DNA of 64,000 nt from Planctomycetales bacterium (GCA_037441675.1 JBBIRS010000009.1:1-64000), one strand, 5' to 3'. Counted from the stretch's first letter, positions 1 through 11,186 are shown. Translations and numbers: made by a program. The notes: generated from the sequence alone by a model not told the origin.

Positions 1-1204
<1,204 letters not shown>

Positions 1205-1470
1205 TTAAGAGTTCTTTGCCATTTCACGAGCACTCCTTTGATGGAGCGTTTTGGCATGCCACACTACCTCCTCGGATAACCGAGCAAGTAGTGTGAGACT
1301 CTTAGGTCGAAGGTCGCTAGGGATGCTGAGCCTGCCTCGGCAAGCCCAAGGTGTATGAAGGAGTGGCGATAAGGCTTAATCTTGATTATGCCGATGCGTG
1401 ACTTTCTCCCGCACCGCGACTTTTATCCGCCATCGTCGGCGGACAACATTCCACCTAGCCAAACTAATTA

Positions 1471-1505
1471 TGGGGCTAGCAAATTCCCCAGCTTTCTTTT
1501 TTTTT
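1471..1505 (+). terminator. Probable intrinsic terminator ending the 16S transcript
   Basis: TGGGG(1471-75)/CCCCA(1486-90) stem followed by a T-rich tract at 1493-1505. Confidence 0.6.
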
Positions 1506-1670
1506 CTCCCTCGCTTACCTATTAAAATAAGTTTAAGAGAACTCCTTTTCAAATCTTAGATACAACTCTTCATAAAGCTATAGACTTCAACTACAGACTT
1601 CGAAGAGTTCTTTACTACTATGGTAGTAATCCAATAAATTGAGTAAACTATACTCTCTGATACTCCGCGA

Positions 1671-3515
1671 TTGCGGAAATACTCGCAGGATAAAGCATTA
1701 ACGAAAATGTGGTGGGAATTTATTGAGACAGAGGAAGGCGTCAGACGACAGAATGCGTGGGAGTTACTTAAAAAAGCTCTTCCTTTGTTTCGCGCACATC
1801 GACGATACTTATTCGCTGCATTCGGTCTTCTTATCCTAATCACATTGAGCGAGCTTATTGGACCACTTGTTCTGCAGTACATCATTGATAAAAGCATTCC
1901 AGCAAGAGACCTAAGAAGCATTGTTGTTGCTGCGGGAATTTACGTTCTTGTAACCTCAGGGGGAGTTGCGGTTGGATATCTTCAAGCTATCACGCTATTT
2001 AGGCTAGGTATAAGTATTGTCACCGACTTAAAAGCTAAACTGTTTGGGTATATTCTTAAGCTTGGGCTTGATTTTCACGAGAAGCATCCGCCGGGAAAGC
2101 TGATTAGCCGAGTTGAGAGCGACACCGAAACGTTGAAAGAACTATTCGGCGATGTCGCGGTGAATCTTCTTAGAAATATGATGCTCTTTCTGGGAATTGT
2201 CATTGTTCTCTTAATTAAAAACGTGGGCATTGCGGTTTACATTTTGCTAATGGTGCCTGTTCTCTTTACTCTAACGTTTTTGTTTTTAAGTTATATGCGC
2301 AAATGGTGGCGGGAATGGCGGGCGCAATGGGCCCTCGTCACCGGTTACGTTACTGAATACGTGCAGGGAGTGGATATTATCCAGCAGTACAATTACGAGA
2401 GTGAAGCTCGGCAGAGAATGCACAAGGTTAATCTCGGGAAGTTTCACATCGAGGTGCCATCCTTCTTCCTAGATTACGGCTTCTGGGCAGGTTTTCTCTA
2501 CGCTGAGATAGTTGCAATAATTATTATCGTTGCAATCGGGGTGAAGGGGATTTTTGCCGGGACGATGACGGTTGGCGTTCTTGTTCTCTTCATTGAGTAT
2601 ATAAGGCAGATGTTTGCACCAATGATGAGGCTCTCGGAGCAGTTAAACTTTATTCAGAGGTCGCTTATATCTGTTGAACGAGTCTTCGGCATACTCGAAA
2701 GCGAGCCTTCGGTAAAGGATGGTCACATTGCTGGAAGGGTTAAGTTTGATAAGGAAATCGTGTTCAGAAATGTCTGGTTTGCCTATGACCAGGATGACTA
2801 TATCCTGAAAGACGTTAGCTTTTCAATAAGAAAGGGCGAAAAGGTAGCCCTAGTAGGCACAAGTGGCGGTGGTAAAAGCACAATTGTAAATCTGCTCTTG
2901 AGATTTTATGACCCCCAAAGGGGAGTAATTACCGTTGATGGAATAGATATACGAGAGTATTCACTGAAAGAGTGGCGAGCCTTAATCGGGCTTGTCCTTC
3001 AGGATATATACCTGTTTCCAGGGACAGTTGCGGATAACATTTCAGTATTTGATAAAACTGTTCCATTAGAGCAGATACGAAAAGTGTGCAAAATAGCACA
3101 CGCGGATAGGGTTATTGAATCCCTGCCGGGCAAATTAGAGGGAGAGTTAGCAGAACGGGGCGCGAATTTGTCAGTTGGAGAAAGGCAGTTGATGAACTTC
3201 GCTCGCGCGCTAATCTATGATCCGCCGTTACTTGTTCTAGACGAGGCTACAAGCTCTGTTGACCCGCACACGGAAAGGCTTGTTCAGGATGCGCTGGAAA
3301 GACTTTTGGCTGGAAGAACCGCAGTTATTGTCGCACACAGATTAAGCACCATTGTTAACGCGGACAAAATTCTACTAATTCACAATGGGTTTGTTGCTGA
3401 AAGTGGAAGACACAGCGAGCTTTTGGCTAAGGATGGGCTTTATGCAAAGCTTTTCAGGATCCAGTTTCCGAAATGGATGGAAATGCGGAGCTTCAAAGAG
3501 GAGGCAGGAAGTTGA
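1671..3515 (+). CDS. ABC exporter, fused TMD-NBD; heterodimer subunit (start may be ATG 1707)
   Basis: N-terminal TM helices; Walker A GTSGGGKS; signature LSVGERQ; Walker B LVLDE; AHR. Confidence 0.93.
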   Translation: MRKYSQDKALTKMWWEFIETEEGVRRQNAWELLKKALPLFRAHRRYLFAAFGLLILITLSELIGPLVLQYIIDKSIPARDLRSIVVAAGIYVLVTSGGVAVGYLQAITLFRLGISIVTDLKAKLFGYILKLGLDFHEKHPPGKLISRVESDTETLKELFGDVAVNLLRNMMLFLGIVIVLLIKNVGIAVYILLMVPVLFTLTFLFLSYMRKWWREWRAQWALVTGYVTEYVQGVDIIQQYNYESEARQRMHKVNLGKFHIEVPSFFLDYGFWAGFLYAEIVAIIIIVAIGVKGIFAGTMTVGVLVLFIEYIRQMFAPMMRLSEQLNFIQRSLISVERVFGILESEPSVKDGHIAGRVKFDKEIVFRNVWFAYDQDDYILKDVSFSIRKGEKVALVGTSGGGKSTIVNLLLRFYDPQRGVITVDGIDIREYSLKEWRALIGLVLQDIYLFPGTVADNISVFDKTVPLEQIRKVCKIAHADRVIESLPGKLEGELAERGANLSVGERQLMNFARALIYDPPLLVLDEATSSVDPHTERLVQDALERLLAGRTAVIVAHRLSTIVNADKILLIHNGFVAESGRHSELLAKDGLYAKLFRIQFPKWMEMRSFKEEAGS

Positions 3516-5287
3516 GGTACATTCGCTGGATATGGCGATTCTGGTATCCACATCGGACGTGGCTACTTGTCTTAGCGTTTCTTACTCTTTTGTCTAGCGC
3601 GGTCACCATCGGTTATCCCTTGGTTTTTCGTTACCTAATAGACGCCTTGAATTCATCACTGGCAAAGGGCAATCAAGAGCTAGCCAAAACTACCACTTGG
3701 AATCTAATTGGCATTATTGCGGTTATTGGACTTGCGCGTTCCCTAGCACACCTTTATCCGGGCGTCCGCGCAATAATTAACGCAATGCTGGAGATGGACA
3801 TTAGGAACTACTACTTCTCAAGGATAATTGAGAAGGGATATAAGTTTTTCCAAAAGTTTAGAACTGGAGATTTAGTTACCCGCTTGACTGATGATATAGG
3901 AGGTTTCCCAAAGATTGCATGGTTTATGTGCTCCGGCATTTTCCGCGCTGTTGAATCTTCCAGCAAATTTATTTTCTGTGTCGCTTTTATGCTGGCGATG
4001 GATTGGAGACTCACCCTTCTTTCTATTACACCACTGCCAGTAATGCTTTATCTTTTCTACAGATTCAGGATTGAGCTTGGAACTCGAGCAAAAGATAGGC
4101 AAAGAATTATTTCCAGAACCAATGACGCATTGGAATCTGCCTTTTCTGGAGTGAGAATCGTCAAGGCGTTTAATGCTGAAGAGAATCAAGAGAGAGAATT
4201 TGGGAAGCTACTGGACGAGAGAATCGACGTTGAGCTTAAGCTCTTGAGGTTATGGATGGGAATATCCAACCTTTACTTTGGTATTGAATTCGTTGGGCAG
4301 ATAATCGTGATTGTTGCTGGAGGTATTATGGTAATCGGAGGAACCCTTTCCCTCGGCGAGCTTTACGCATTTTACGTGTATCTTTCACTTCTCTTCCATC
4401 CGCTTATGGATATACCAAATTTATTTGTAACCGCTAGGCAGGCTTTCGCAAGCATAGACAGGGAAATTGAAATTGAGGAAACCATCGGTGGAACTGAGGG
4501 AGTTTTCACTGGAAGTCAACCCCTTACGGAAATACAATCTGTAGTTTTAAGAGATGTTGATTTTCGCTTTGAGAATAGCACTGAATATGCATTAAAGGGA
4601 ATAAACATAGAAATAAAAAAAGGGGAATGGGTTTCGCTAGTTGGCGTTGTGGGAAGTGGAAAGTCAACTCTTCTGAAAGTTCTTGCCGGTATAATTCCAC
4701 CGACTAAAGGCGAAATAATTATAAACGGTAAGCCAATAGATCAATATAGAATTGAAGATTATCGCTCCAGGGTTGGTTATGTTCCGCAGGAGGCGACTCT
4801 ATTTTCTGAAACGGTTAAGGAAAACGTTAAATTTGGGAGGGATGTAAAGGAAGATGAAATTTTAGAAGCGATGAAAAACGCCCAGATTAGAGAAGAGATG
4901 GAACAACTTCCAAAAGGGCTTGAGCAGGTTCTCGGGCAGAGAGGATTAACAGTTTCCGGTGGGCAAAAGCAAAGGCTCGCCATCGCTCGCGCCCTTATAG
5001 GTAAACCTGATTTGCTTTTGATGGATGACGTTACCTCTAGCCTTGATGCGGAAAACGAGAGAAAATTCTGGCAAGATTTTAAGTTGAAGTATCCTCACTC
5101 AAGTTGCGCAATAGTAACCCACAGGCTAGCTACTGCTATGCAAGCGGATGTAATTTATGTGATGTCAAAGGGAGAGATTGTTGCTAAAGGTAATCATCAC
5201 GAACTACTATCAACCTGCGAAGAGTATAGAAGTTTTCTCACAAGAGAAGAGCTGGAAGTGAGTGTGGGGCTAAGAGAAACAGCATAA
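3473..5287 (+). CDS. ABC exporter, fused TMD-NBD; partner subunit (likely start TTG 3512 overlapping the upstream stop)
   Basis: TMD; GVVGSGKS; VSGGQKQR; Walker B LLMDD lacking the catalytic Glu. Confidence 0.93.
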   Translation: MDGNAELQRGGRKLRYIRWIWRFWYPHRTWLLVLAFLTLLSSAVTIGYPLVFRYLIDALNSSLAKGNQELAKTTTWNLIGIIAVIGLARSLAHLYPGVRAIINAMLEMDIRNYYFSRIIEKGYKFFQKFRTGDLVTRLTDDIGGFPKIAWFMCSGIFRAVESSSKFIFCVAFMLAMDWRLTLLSITPLPVMLYLFYRFRIELGTRAKDRQRIISRTNDALESAFSGVRIVKAFNAEENQEREFGKLLDERIDVELKLLRLWMGISNLYFGIEFVGQIIVIVAGGIMVIGGTLSLGELYAFYVYLSLLFHPLMDIPNLFVTARQAFASIDREIEIEETIGGTEGVFTGSQPLTEIQSVVLRDVDFRFENSTEYALKGINIEIKKGEWVSLVGVVGSGKSTLLKVLAGIIPPTKGEIIINGKPIDQYRIEDYRSRVGYVPQEATLFSETVKENVKFGRDVKEDEILEAMKNAQIREEMEQLPKGLEQVLGQRGLTVSGGQKQRLAIARALIGKPDLLLMDDVTSSLDAENERKFWQDFKLKYPHSSCAIVTHRLATAMQADVIYVMSKGEIVAKGNHHELLSTCEEYRSFLTREELEVSVGLRETA

Positions 5288-5553
5288 TGAGTGGTTGTGA
5301 AAATATTTCGCGCTTTATCTAAACTTTGATGATGAAGATTCTTCATCTTTCCTGATTAGCATAAGGCAATGGGTTTTCTCTAGATTTTTCTCTTGTATCC
5401 TGCTTTTGTAGCCAAAAAAGATAATAAGAGTATTATTTGCATCAGTGAGAATTGCTACTTATTCTTCCGAGATGCGAGGTTCAACTTAAGAGGAAAGTAG
5501 CAACAGCTACCTGATGAATCAATTTCCCATTTACCGAAGATAAAGTTAAGGGC

Positions 5554-7812
5554 TTACTTTTCTTTGTTCAGTTTATTCAATAGAGCGGACAAATCTTTAT
5601 CAGCGAGCTTCTCCTGTCCAGCTTCAAGGCTAATCTTGATGGCGGTCTTTTCATCTAGGACAATTATCAATTGGTCTCCAATGGAAACGAGTTTGGCAAT
5701 GGTTTTGATCGCGTTAATCAAGTCAAAGTAAGCATCACTAAACGCCTTTACTTCTATGAGCTTTTGATCCTTTTTGTTGTAGCGACTGTCCGTCCAGTAC
5801 TTGTCAAGCAAGTAGAAAGTACGCTCACCGAGGTACTTAATAGTTTGCACTTGAACTTCCTTACCCCCGATATCAAAATATGCGCCAGGGGCATTCGCTC
5901 CACCCTGCCCGCCTGAACTCTGCCCTTTGAGCCTTTGCGCAGTTTGAGCTTGACCAACCGCTCCAGCGCCTGATTTTTCCTCAGCTATCGTTTCACCTGC
6001 ACTTAACGCATATCTAATTTGTTCCTCCTCCCCCGCAAAGAACGCATCCTCCTCCCGAATTAAGAAACTTGTGTATTCGGTGATGATGCCGTAGCGTTTG
6101 GAGAGTCGGATAATCTCTGAGATGAGCTCCTCGTTTACTCCGTGAAGACGTATTTCATCCGTGAGATACCCAATCTTTCTTCCCGCCCAAACCCTTGGAA
6201 CGAAATTGTAGGACTCTTTACCAATAAAACGAATTGGAAATTCATACTTCTTTGGCTTCCCGTCAACTCTGCCAGTGAGCACAATCCTTGCGCCACTTGT
6301 GTTTTCAGAATACCTCCCAACAAGGATTAACTGATTGCCCTTGAAGAGATCAGGCATCTCTTTCGGGTAAAGGTCTCTGACAGAAACACCCTCAAAGTTT
6401 ATCTGAACGTCGGTTAAAATAGGGCTAGAAATCTTTGAGTAGAGACTTGAGACTTTTACCTCAATGTCTTCCGTTGGGCGAACGTACTCCGTGATACCAT
6501 GATTTTGTTCGGTGAGCTTATCAAGGAGGTGAGTGTTCACGTCATATCCAACGCCGAAGGCGAAGATTCGGGCATCAAAAGTATTTTCACCAGTTACGTT
6601 TTTGAGTATTTCATTTTCATCCGTCACGCCGACTGTAGGCAGTCCATCGGTTAGAAATACGATATAGTTAGGATGAGCGGTATCATCCTTTTTGAGCATT
6701 TCAAGACCTTGAAGGAGCGCGTCATTAATGTTTGTTCCGCCCTGCGCGTTGAACTGGCGCACGAATTTCATGGCTTCATCTTTTGAGGTGGAATTAAACG
6801 CCCTTAGCCCGCCCTCAAAACATACCCAGGTGGAATCGGAGTAGGCAATGATATTGAAACGATCACCTTTGTTTAGGCTTCTGAGTATGAACTCAAGCGC
6901 ACGCTTTGCCTGCTCAATTTTTCCATCAGCCTCCATTGAGCCACTTTTATCAAGAATAAAGATAAAGTTCTTGCTGATAATCTTTGTGCTTGATGCTTCA
7001 ACGCTTGGAGTAACGGTGGATAAGAAGAAGCCGTCCTCCCCCTCATTTGGGGAAAATGCAAGGACGTTAGTTGATATTTCCTTTGGGTCTACTGAGTAGT
7101 AAAGCACAAAATCAATTTCCGGACGAACGTTTGTTTCCTCGTAGCTGAAACTTGCCTTAGTATCGTTCCTTCGGTTGACTGAAATGGTATGCGATGGTGA
7201 GTAAACGGTTTTAATCGGAACGGTTGTTTCAATATTCCCGCTAATAACAACTTCCTTAATTAGTTGCGCGCTAAACTTTTCGGTGTTCAAGGGATAGATA
7301 TACTCATAGATGCCGTTAAAAGCCTTGACCACTTGGGTGTAGCTAAGTTGAATTCGCTTTTTCTCTTTAGGTTCAATTGGGAAAATGCGCGCGCGAAAAG
7401 CTCCTCTTCCGATATACTCAAGAAGCGCGGGGTCACGTTGCTTTCGCACAATATCCTCGTAAATTTGCCTCGCTTCATTCGCAGGAAGAACGCCTCCACT
7501 CACCTTCTTGCCATTTACCCATATGGAAAAGTTCTCTAATACCGCACCTTCTGGAATGGGGAAAACATAAGTTGCTTCAATCCTTCTACCGGTAAGATTT
7601 TCAAATTCCTGGTCAATATCGGTTCGCACTACTCCATCTTTGATTGAGATATTTACTCTGTGGTAATTTATCGCAAATGCGTCTCTTAAAATTATCTCGC
7701 GAGGAGGGATTAGAATGCCATCCGCCGAGGCATTGAATGGAGCTAAAAAGATTAGTGTAAATAAATAGAATGGAAGGATGTGTCTTTGGAAAACTTTAAG
7801 TTCGATTTTCAT
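5554..7812 (-). CDS. Secreted VIT + von Willebrand factor A domain protein (inter-alpha-trypsin inhibitor-like)
   Basis: Signal peptide ending ASA-DG; VIT motifs (QEFEN..EATYVFPIPEGA, YEDIVR..DPALLE); MIDAS DKSGS, GGTNI, FLTDG. Confidence 0.9.
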   Translation of the reverse strand: MKIELKVFQRHILPFYLFTLIFLAPFNASADGILIPPREIILRDAFAINYHRVNISIKDGVVRTDIDQEFENLTGRRIEATYVFPIPEGAVLENFSIWVNGKKVSGGVLPANEARQIYEDIVRKQRDPALLEYIGRGAFRARIFPIEPKEKKRIQLSYTQVVKAFNGIYEYIYPLNTEKFSAQLIKEVVISGNIETTVPIKTVYSPSHTISVNRRNDTKASFSYEETNVRPEIDFVLYYSVDPKEISTNVLAFSPNEGEDGFFLSTVTPSVEASSTKIISKNFIFILDKSGSMEADGKIEQAKRALEFILRSLNKGDRFNIIAYSDSTWVCFEGGLRAFNSTSKDEAMKFVRQFNAQGGTNINDALLQGLEMLKKDDTAHPNYIVFLTDGLPTVGVTDENEILKNVTGENTFDARIFAFGVGYDVNTHLLDKLTEQNHGITEYVRPTEDIEVKVSSLYSKISSPILTDVQINFEGVSVRDLYPKEMPDLFKGNQLILVGRYSENTSGARIVLTGRVDGKPKKYEFPIRFIGKESYNFVPRVWAGRKIGYLTDEIRLHGVNEELISEIIRLSKRYGIITEYTSFLIREEDAFFAGEEEQIRYALSAGETIAEEKSGAGAVGQAQTAQRLKGQSSGGQGGANAPGAYFDIGGKEVQVQTIKYLGERTFYLLDKYWTDSRYNKKDQKLIEVKAFSDAYFDLINAIKTIAKLVSIGDQLIIVLDEKTAIKISLEAGQEKLADKDLSALLNKLNKEK

Positions 7813-7984
7813 AATTTTATTGACGTTAAGGGATATGTGCCTGTTCAGCTCATAATTAACACAGGATAAACTATCTATTCATAACTACTTTTGCTTCGCA
7901 AGATTATCGTGAAATCTCTACGCACTTGACGCTCCTCCTAAATGCAGAAAGGGAGTAATCTTTTCTGATTGAATTGCCTCACAA

Positions 7985-8239
7985 TCAGGCTTGAGCCTCA
8001 GCGGATTCAAATCTCCTCCCAACAACCGCAGCCATACTGGCAAGCTCATCCTCCATCTCTATGAAAATTCCACCCATATAGGGAAATCTACGCGCGATAC
8101 GCTCCACGACTTCAGAAGAGGGCGTTATTGGATAACCTGCAACAAACCTGCAACCTGCTGCCATTGCCCCCTCACCGCAAGAGTAATCCCCGTCAAGATA
8201 ATGCGAACCAGTAAGAACGCCCCCGGGATCCGCCTTCAT
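7985..8239 (-). pseudogene. N-terminal fragment of a 2-oxoacid:ferredoxin oxidoreductase alpha subunit
   Basis: GEGAMAAGCRFVAGYPITPSSE and MEDELASMAAVVG motifs, then unrelated sequence and a stop after ~84 aa; no beta or gamma subunit follows. Confidence 0.85.
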
Positions 8240-8279
8240 CTCGCTCCCCCTTTGCCCCGACACTGCTCGCTACTCTCTC

Positions 8280-8579
8280 TTTAGCTGTTGAGAGCTTTTC
8301 CCCTCCTTCACTCTCATCACCATTAACCGCGACACAGCAGATGGCAAATTACGGACAGAACATCTAGCATGGTTCGCAGTTCACACATTCTCCAGTCTTT
8401 ACCACATGAGGAGGATGATAGCCTTTGGTGTTAAATTCATCCGACATTGCAAGCACATCCTTCGGGCAGAATTCAACACAAAAGGAGCATCCTTTGCACC
8501 TGTCCTTGATAATGAATGCTTCGCCTCTTGGGACTTTTACTTTGTCAAAATCAAGGGGTTTGCGCCAGTACTTATTCAT
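8280..8579 (-). pseudogene. 2x[4Fe-4S] ferredoxin (oxidoreductase delta subunit) with two in-frame stops; 3' boundary approximate
   Basis: CKGCSFCVEFCP intact; second motif reads CVNCEPC-TAG-MFCP-TAA-FAIC. Confidence 0.85.
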
Positions 8580-8969
8580 TTAACTCAAAAGTATTTGTGA
8601 AATCGGTGACTTAAAAGAATTGAGAGAATGCTTATGCTCAAGGGACACAAATCTACGCAATGGACAGTAGGTAAATCAACTGTCGCCAATCCTGATAAAC
8701 ACAACTTAGCTCCTGTAAAGAATGCTAATGATTTATAGAATATATGCGATATGATATTGAGACTTTGATGCAAATAATTATCCCCCCACACCATGCAGTC
8801 GGTATAGGCATTAAGATATGAAGAGCAAGTCTTGAGAAATGCATTTTAAAGTACTTCCCAAAGCGGAGTATAATTCAATTCAAAATCCACAAAAACTGAT
8901 AATAAATGTAATTTATCCATTGAGAAGAATTGTTGATAACTTGCTCAGTAGATTTAAGGTGCTTATATA

Positions 8970-8999
8970 TTGACAGGCACTTTTATAAACTGATATAAA
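8970..8999 (+). promoter_or_regulatory. Sigma70-type promoter for the 9003-9350 RNA
   Basis: TTGACA at 8970-75; extended -10 TGaTATAAA at 8991-99. Confidence 0.7.
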
Positions 9000-9002
9000 T
9001 GG

Positions 9003-9350
9003 GATGGTATACCTTCGGGTGTATCGCCAGCCCTGAATAAGGGTTGCACCTTGAAAGGAAGAGCTATGACTTTTGTGGAGAGCAGTTTTCGGAAGGCGCA
9101 GTTTCTTGCAGACTGCCAGTTACGAAAGCTACTCTCTGAGAAATCCCTGAAAAGCTCAAAAGGCAGTTCGGGGATTAGCTCGGGTGGCAGGAAAACCAAC
9201 TTTCATCTTACTTCGGTGGGATGAAAAGGTTCTCCGAACCACCTACAAAAGAAACAGCCTCTTCCTCCAGGAGGAAGAAGTAGAAAGGTCTACGGACTAA
9301 TCTATAACTTCCAACTAAGGGTGCATCCCCGACGCAGGGCTGGTTTTTTT
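9003..9350 (+). ncRNA. Unclassified large structured non-coding RNA (~345 nt)
   Basis: Long-range closing helices 9027-35/9335-43 and 9045-52/9318-25; at least 7 further helices; two cUUCGg tetraloops; many G-U pairs; upstream promoter; T7 tract at 9344-50. Confidence 0.75.
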
Positions 9351-9351
9351 C

Positions 9352-11091
9352 TTATATTGACGCACTATTCTCTTTCTGCTCTTCACCAGGCTTTATGGGA
9401 GGATGGAATCGCATTACTTCCAAATTGTGTTGACGAAGAGCTTGTTTGGCTGATGTCTCATCTTCACCTCCTAGCACGAGCCACTTCAAAACGTTTGGCT
9501 CAAAAAAAACAGTGTAATAATCAAGAGCATCAGCGGGCAAGCCTGCTTTCGGCTTCCTAAAGCCAATATTTAAGCCAATAACGCTTCCATCCTTGGGGGA
9601 AAAACTATACTTTTCATCAGCTCTAATAAAAATGCGGTAGAGATGGGAATATGGCGAGAATGGATTTTCTGAACCTTCAACTTTGTCCATTGAGACTTTT
9701 ATAGAATCCTGGCCTAAAAGAGATGGGTCATCAAAGCACCATTTATCCTCACCTGCGCCATTAACAACGTGCTTTTTTGTAAGAGTGCCATCCGCACCAA
9801 TCTCTAGGTAAATGTTGTCCGCCTCTTTCCACCAACCATCTCCAAGCGCGTCAAATAGGACTTTAAGCTCAACTGGTTCAGACGCGCTAATCAAGATGCT
9901 CAAACCATCGTCCCACCAGCTTAAGCTAAGCTCAGATGCGATTCCGCTTGGGCTTCTCGCAGGTAGTCTTGAGCCCTGAGTTTCTCCACTTGACGCGGGT
10001 AGCTTTGGCACAATAGCGGAAACAGGATAAAGTGGAAGAATATCCGCTCCATCAATAATCCCATCACCGTCCGCATCTGCCTTAAGGGGCTCGGGAGTTT
10101 TGAAATAGAGTGAAAGTTCTTCACCCAGCCCTGGTTCCGCCCACTGCCAAAGAAGCGCCTCTTCTAAATCGGTAAGTCCATCCGCGTCCGAGTCCTTCCG
10201 CGTCTTTAGGGAGCCGAATCTCCTCTCGTCAAAGGCAATGCTACTATCGTTATCAGGAATTCCATCCTCATCTGCGTCTTCAAAGTACTTCACGCTACCG
10301 AAATTCAGATCAAAAAAAAGCTCTTCAGGCCATGTCCTCAGTATCCATGCGTTCCCATCAAAGTGCTCGCCAAAGATGCCTGCGGTTCCCTCGGGTTTGG
10401 CAAAATGATTGAACCAGTACTCCGGATGCCCCGAAAGTTCAAATAGCCTATCCAGCTGATGATGAAACTCATGGGTAAAAAGCCAGAAGTTGTTGGAGAA
10501 ATGCGATGGTGGAGTCATTGCCCAGGTGGAAATACCCGCTGTTTTCCTCTCATCATCCACACCCCAGGTGAAACCTCCACCACCGCGTATTCTGACTAAC
10601 TTCCCATCTTTACCCAGATGAAACAGCCTCTCAATGTGTATCAAGCCATCATAAGATTCTTCTCTACTTAAGTCGCGCTCGTTCTTATAAAGTTCGTCTT
10701 TCACCGTGAAGTATGGGGAATCACCCATTGTAATTTCGCTTCTTAACTTAAATTCACGGTGAACATCAACCTCAAGCGCAAGATTCAAATTAAACCTGCT
10801 GTTTATGAGGAAAAAGCGAACGCCCTTCTCAAGCTCCCGGAGAACTCTCTCCAACTCCCACTCCTCCGCCAGCGGGAAGTCTTTCTTAATCCTCTTAAGC
10901 TCATAGGCGCTAAGTTTTAACCTTTTTCCATTTTCGCTAAAATCGTGGAGTACGTTTGCCCATATATGAGCCTTGAGCCTCAGCTCAACATACGCCTTCT
11001 TGCCGGGAATTCGTTCAGGAGTTGCTGGTAAGGCAGGGTAACTAATCAACATAATCAGAAGCAATGCAGGGCTTAAAAGTTTAATCTGCAT
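9352..11091 (-). CDS. Secreted putative zinc metalloprotease with Ca-binding DxDxDG repeats
   Basis: Signal peptide; HExxH motif (THEFHH); DADEDGIPD, DSDADGLTD, DADGDGIID. Confidence 0.65.
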   Translation of the reverse strand: MQIKLLSPALLLIMLISYPALPATPERIPGKKAYVELRLKAHIWANVLHDFSENGKRLKLSAYELKRIKKDFPLAEEWELERVLRELEKGVRFFLINSRFNLNLALEVDVHREFKLRSEITMGDSPYFTVKDELYKNERDLSREESYDGLIHIERLFHLGKDGKLVRIRGGGGFTWGVDDERKTAGISTWAMTPPSHFSNNFWLFTHEFHHQLDRLFELSGHPEYWFNHFAKPEGTAGIFGEHFDGNAWILRTWPEELFFDLNFGSVKYFEDADEDGIPDNDSSIAFDERRFGSLKTRKDSDADGLTDLEEALLWQWAEPGLGEELSLYFKTPEPLKADADGDGIIDGADILPLYPVSAIVPKLPASSGETQGSRLPARSPSGIASELSLSWWDDGLSILISASEPVELKVLFDALGDGWWKEADNIYLEIGADGTLTKKHVVNGAGEDKWCFDDPSLLGQDSIKVSMDKVEGSENPFSPYSHLYRIFIRADEKYSFSPKDGSVIGLNIGFRKPKAGLPADALDYYTVFFEPNVLKWLVLGGEDETSAKQALRQHNLEVMRFHPPIKPGEEQKENSASI

Positions 11092-11106
11092 TCTTAGATT
11101 ATAGCG

Positions 11107-11186
11107 CTAGGGCGCGAACTTGTATCGCGCCGAGACTGCGGGGTGCAATGCCCCGTCCGAGAAATCGCAAGATCTCCGACCTACAG
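11107..11186. repeat. REP-like palindrome cluster A (GTAG family)
   Basis: TAGGGCGCGA-N7-TCGCGCC; CGGGG-N7-CCCCG; on the reverse strand CTGTAGGTCGGAGATCTTGCGATTTCTCGGAC. Confidence 0.7.

Noticed and set aside
5325..5505. Inverted repeats between convergent genes (GATGAAG/CTTCATC; TTGCTACTT/AAGTAGCAA)
   Set aside because: Consistent with ordinary termination structures; single copy.
8340..8370. Stop-codon reassignment (TAG/TAA read as Glu)
   Set aside because: TAA and TAG terminate many intact genes in the window at the expected positions, and the neighbouring gene is also broken.
8585..8794. 69-aa ORF containing CVDLCP
   Set aside because: Incomplete Fe-S motif in AT-rich sequence; too weak to call.
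9083..9101. CGGAAGGCGCAG resembling SRP RNA helix 8
   Set aside because: The CAGG/AGCA symmetric loop and stem register do not fit, and a longer competing helix uses these bases; a cmscan is still warranted.
8963..9199. 78-aa minus-strand ORF across the structured RNA
   Set aside because: No recognisable motif; the strand-specific structure and promoter favour a + strand RNA.
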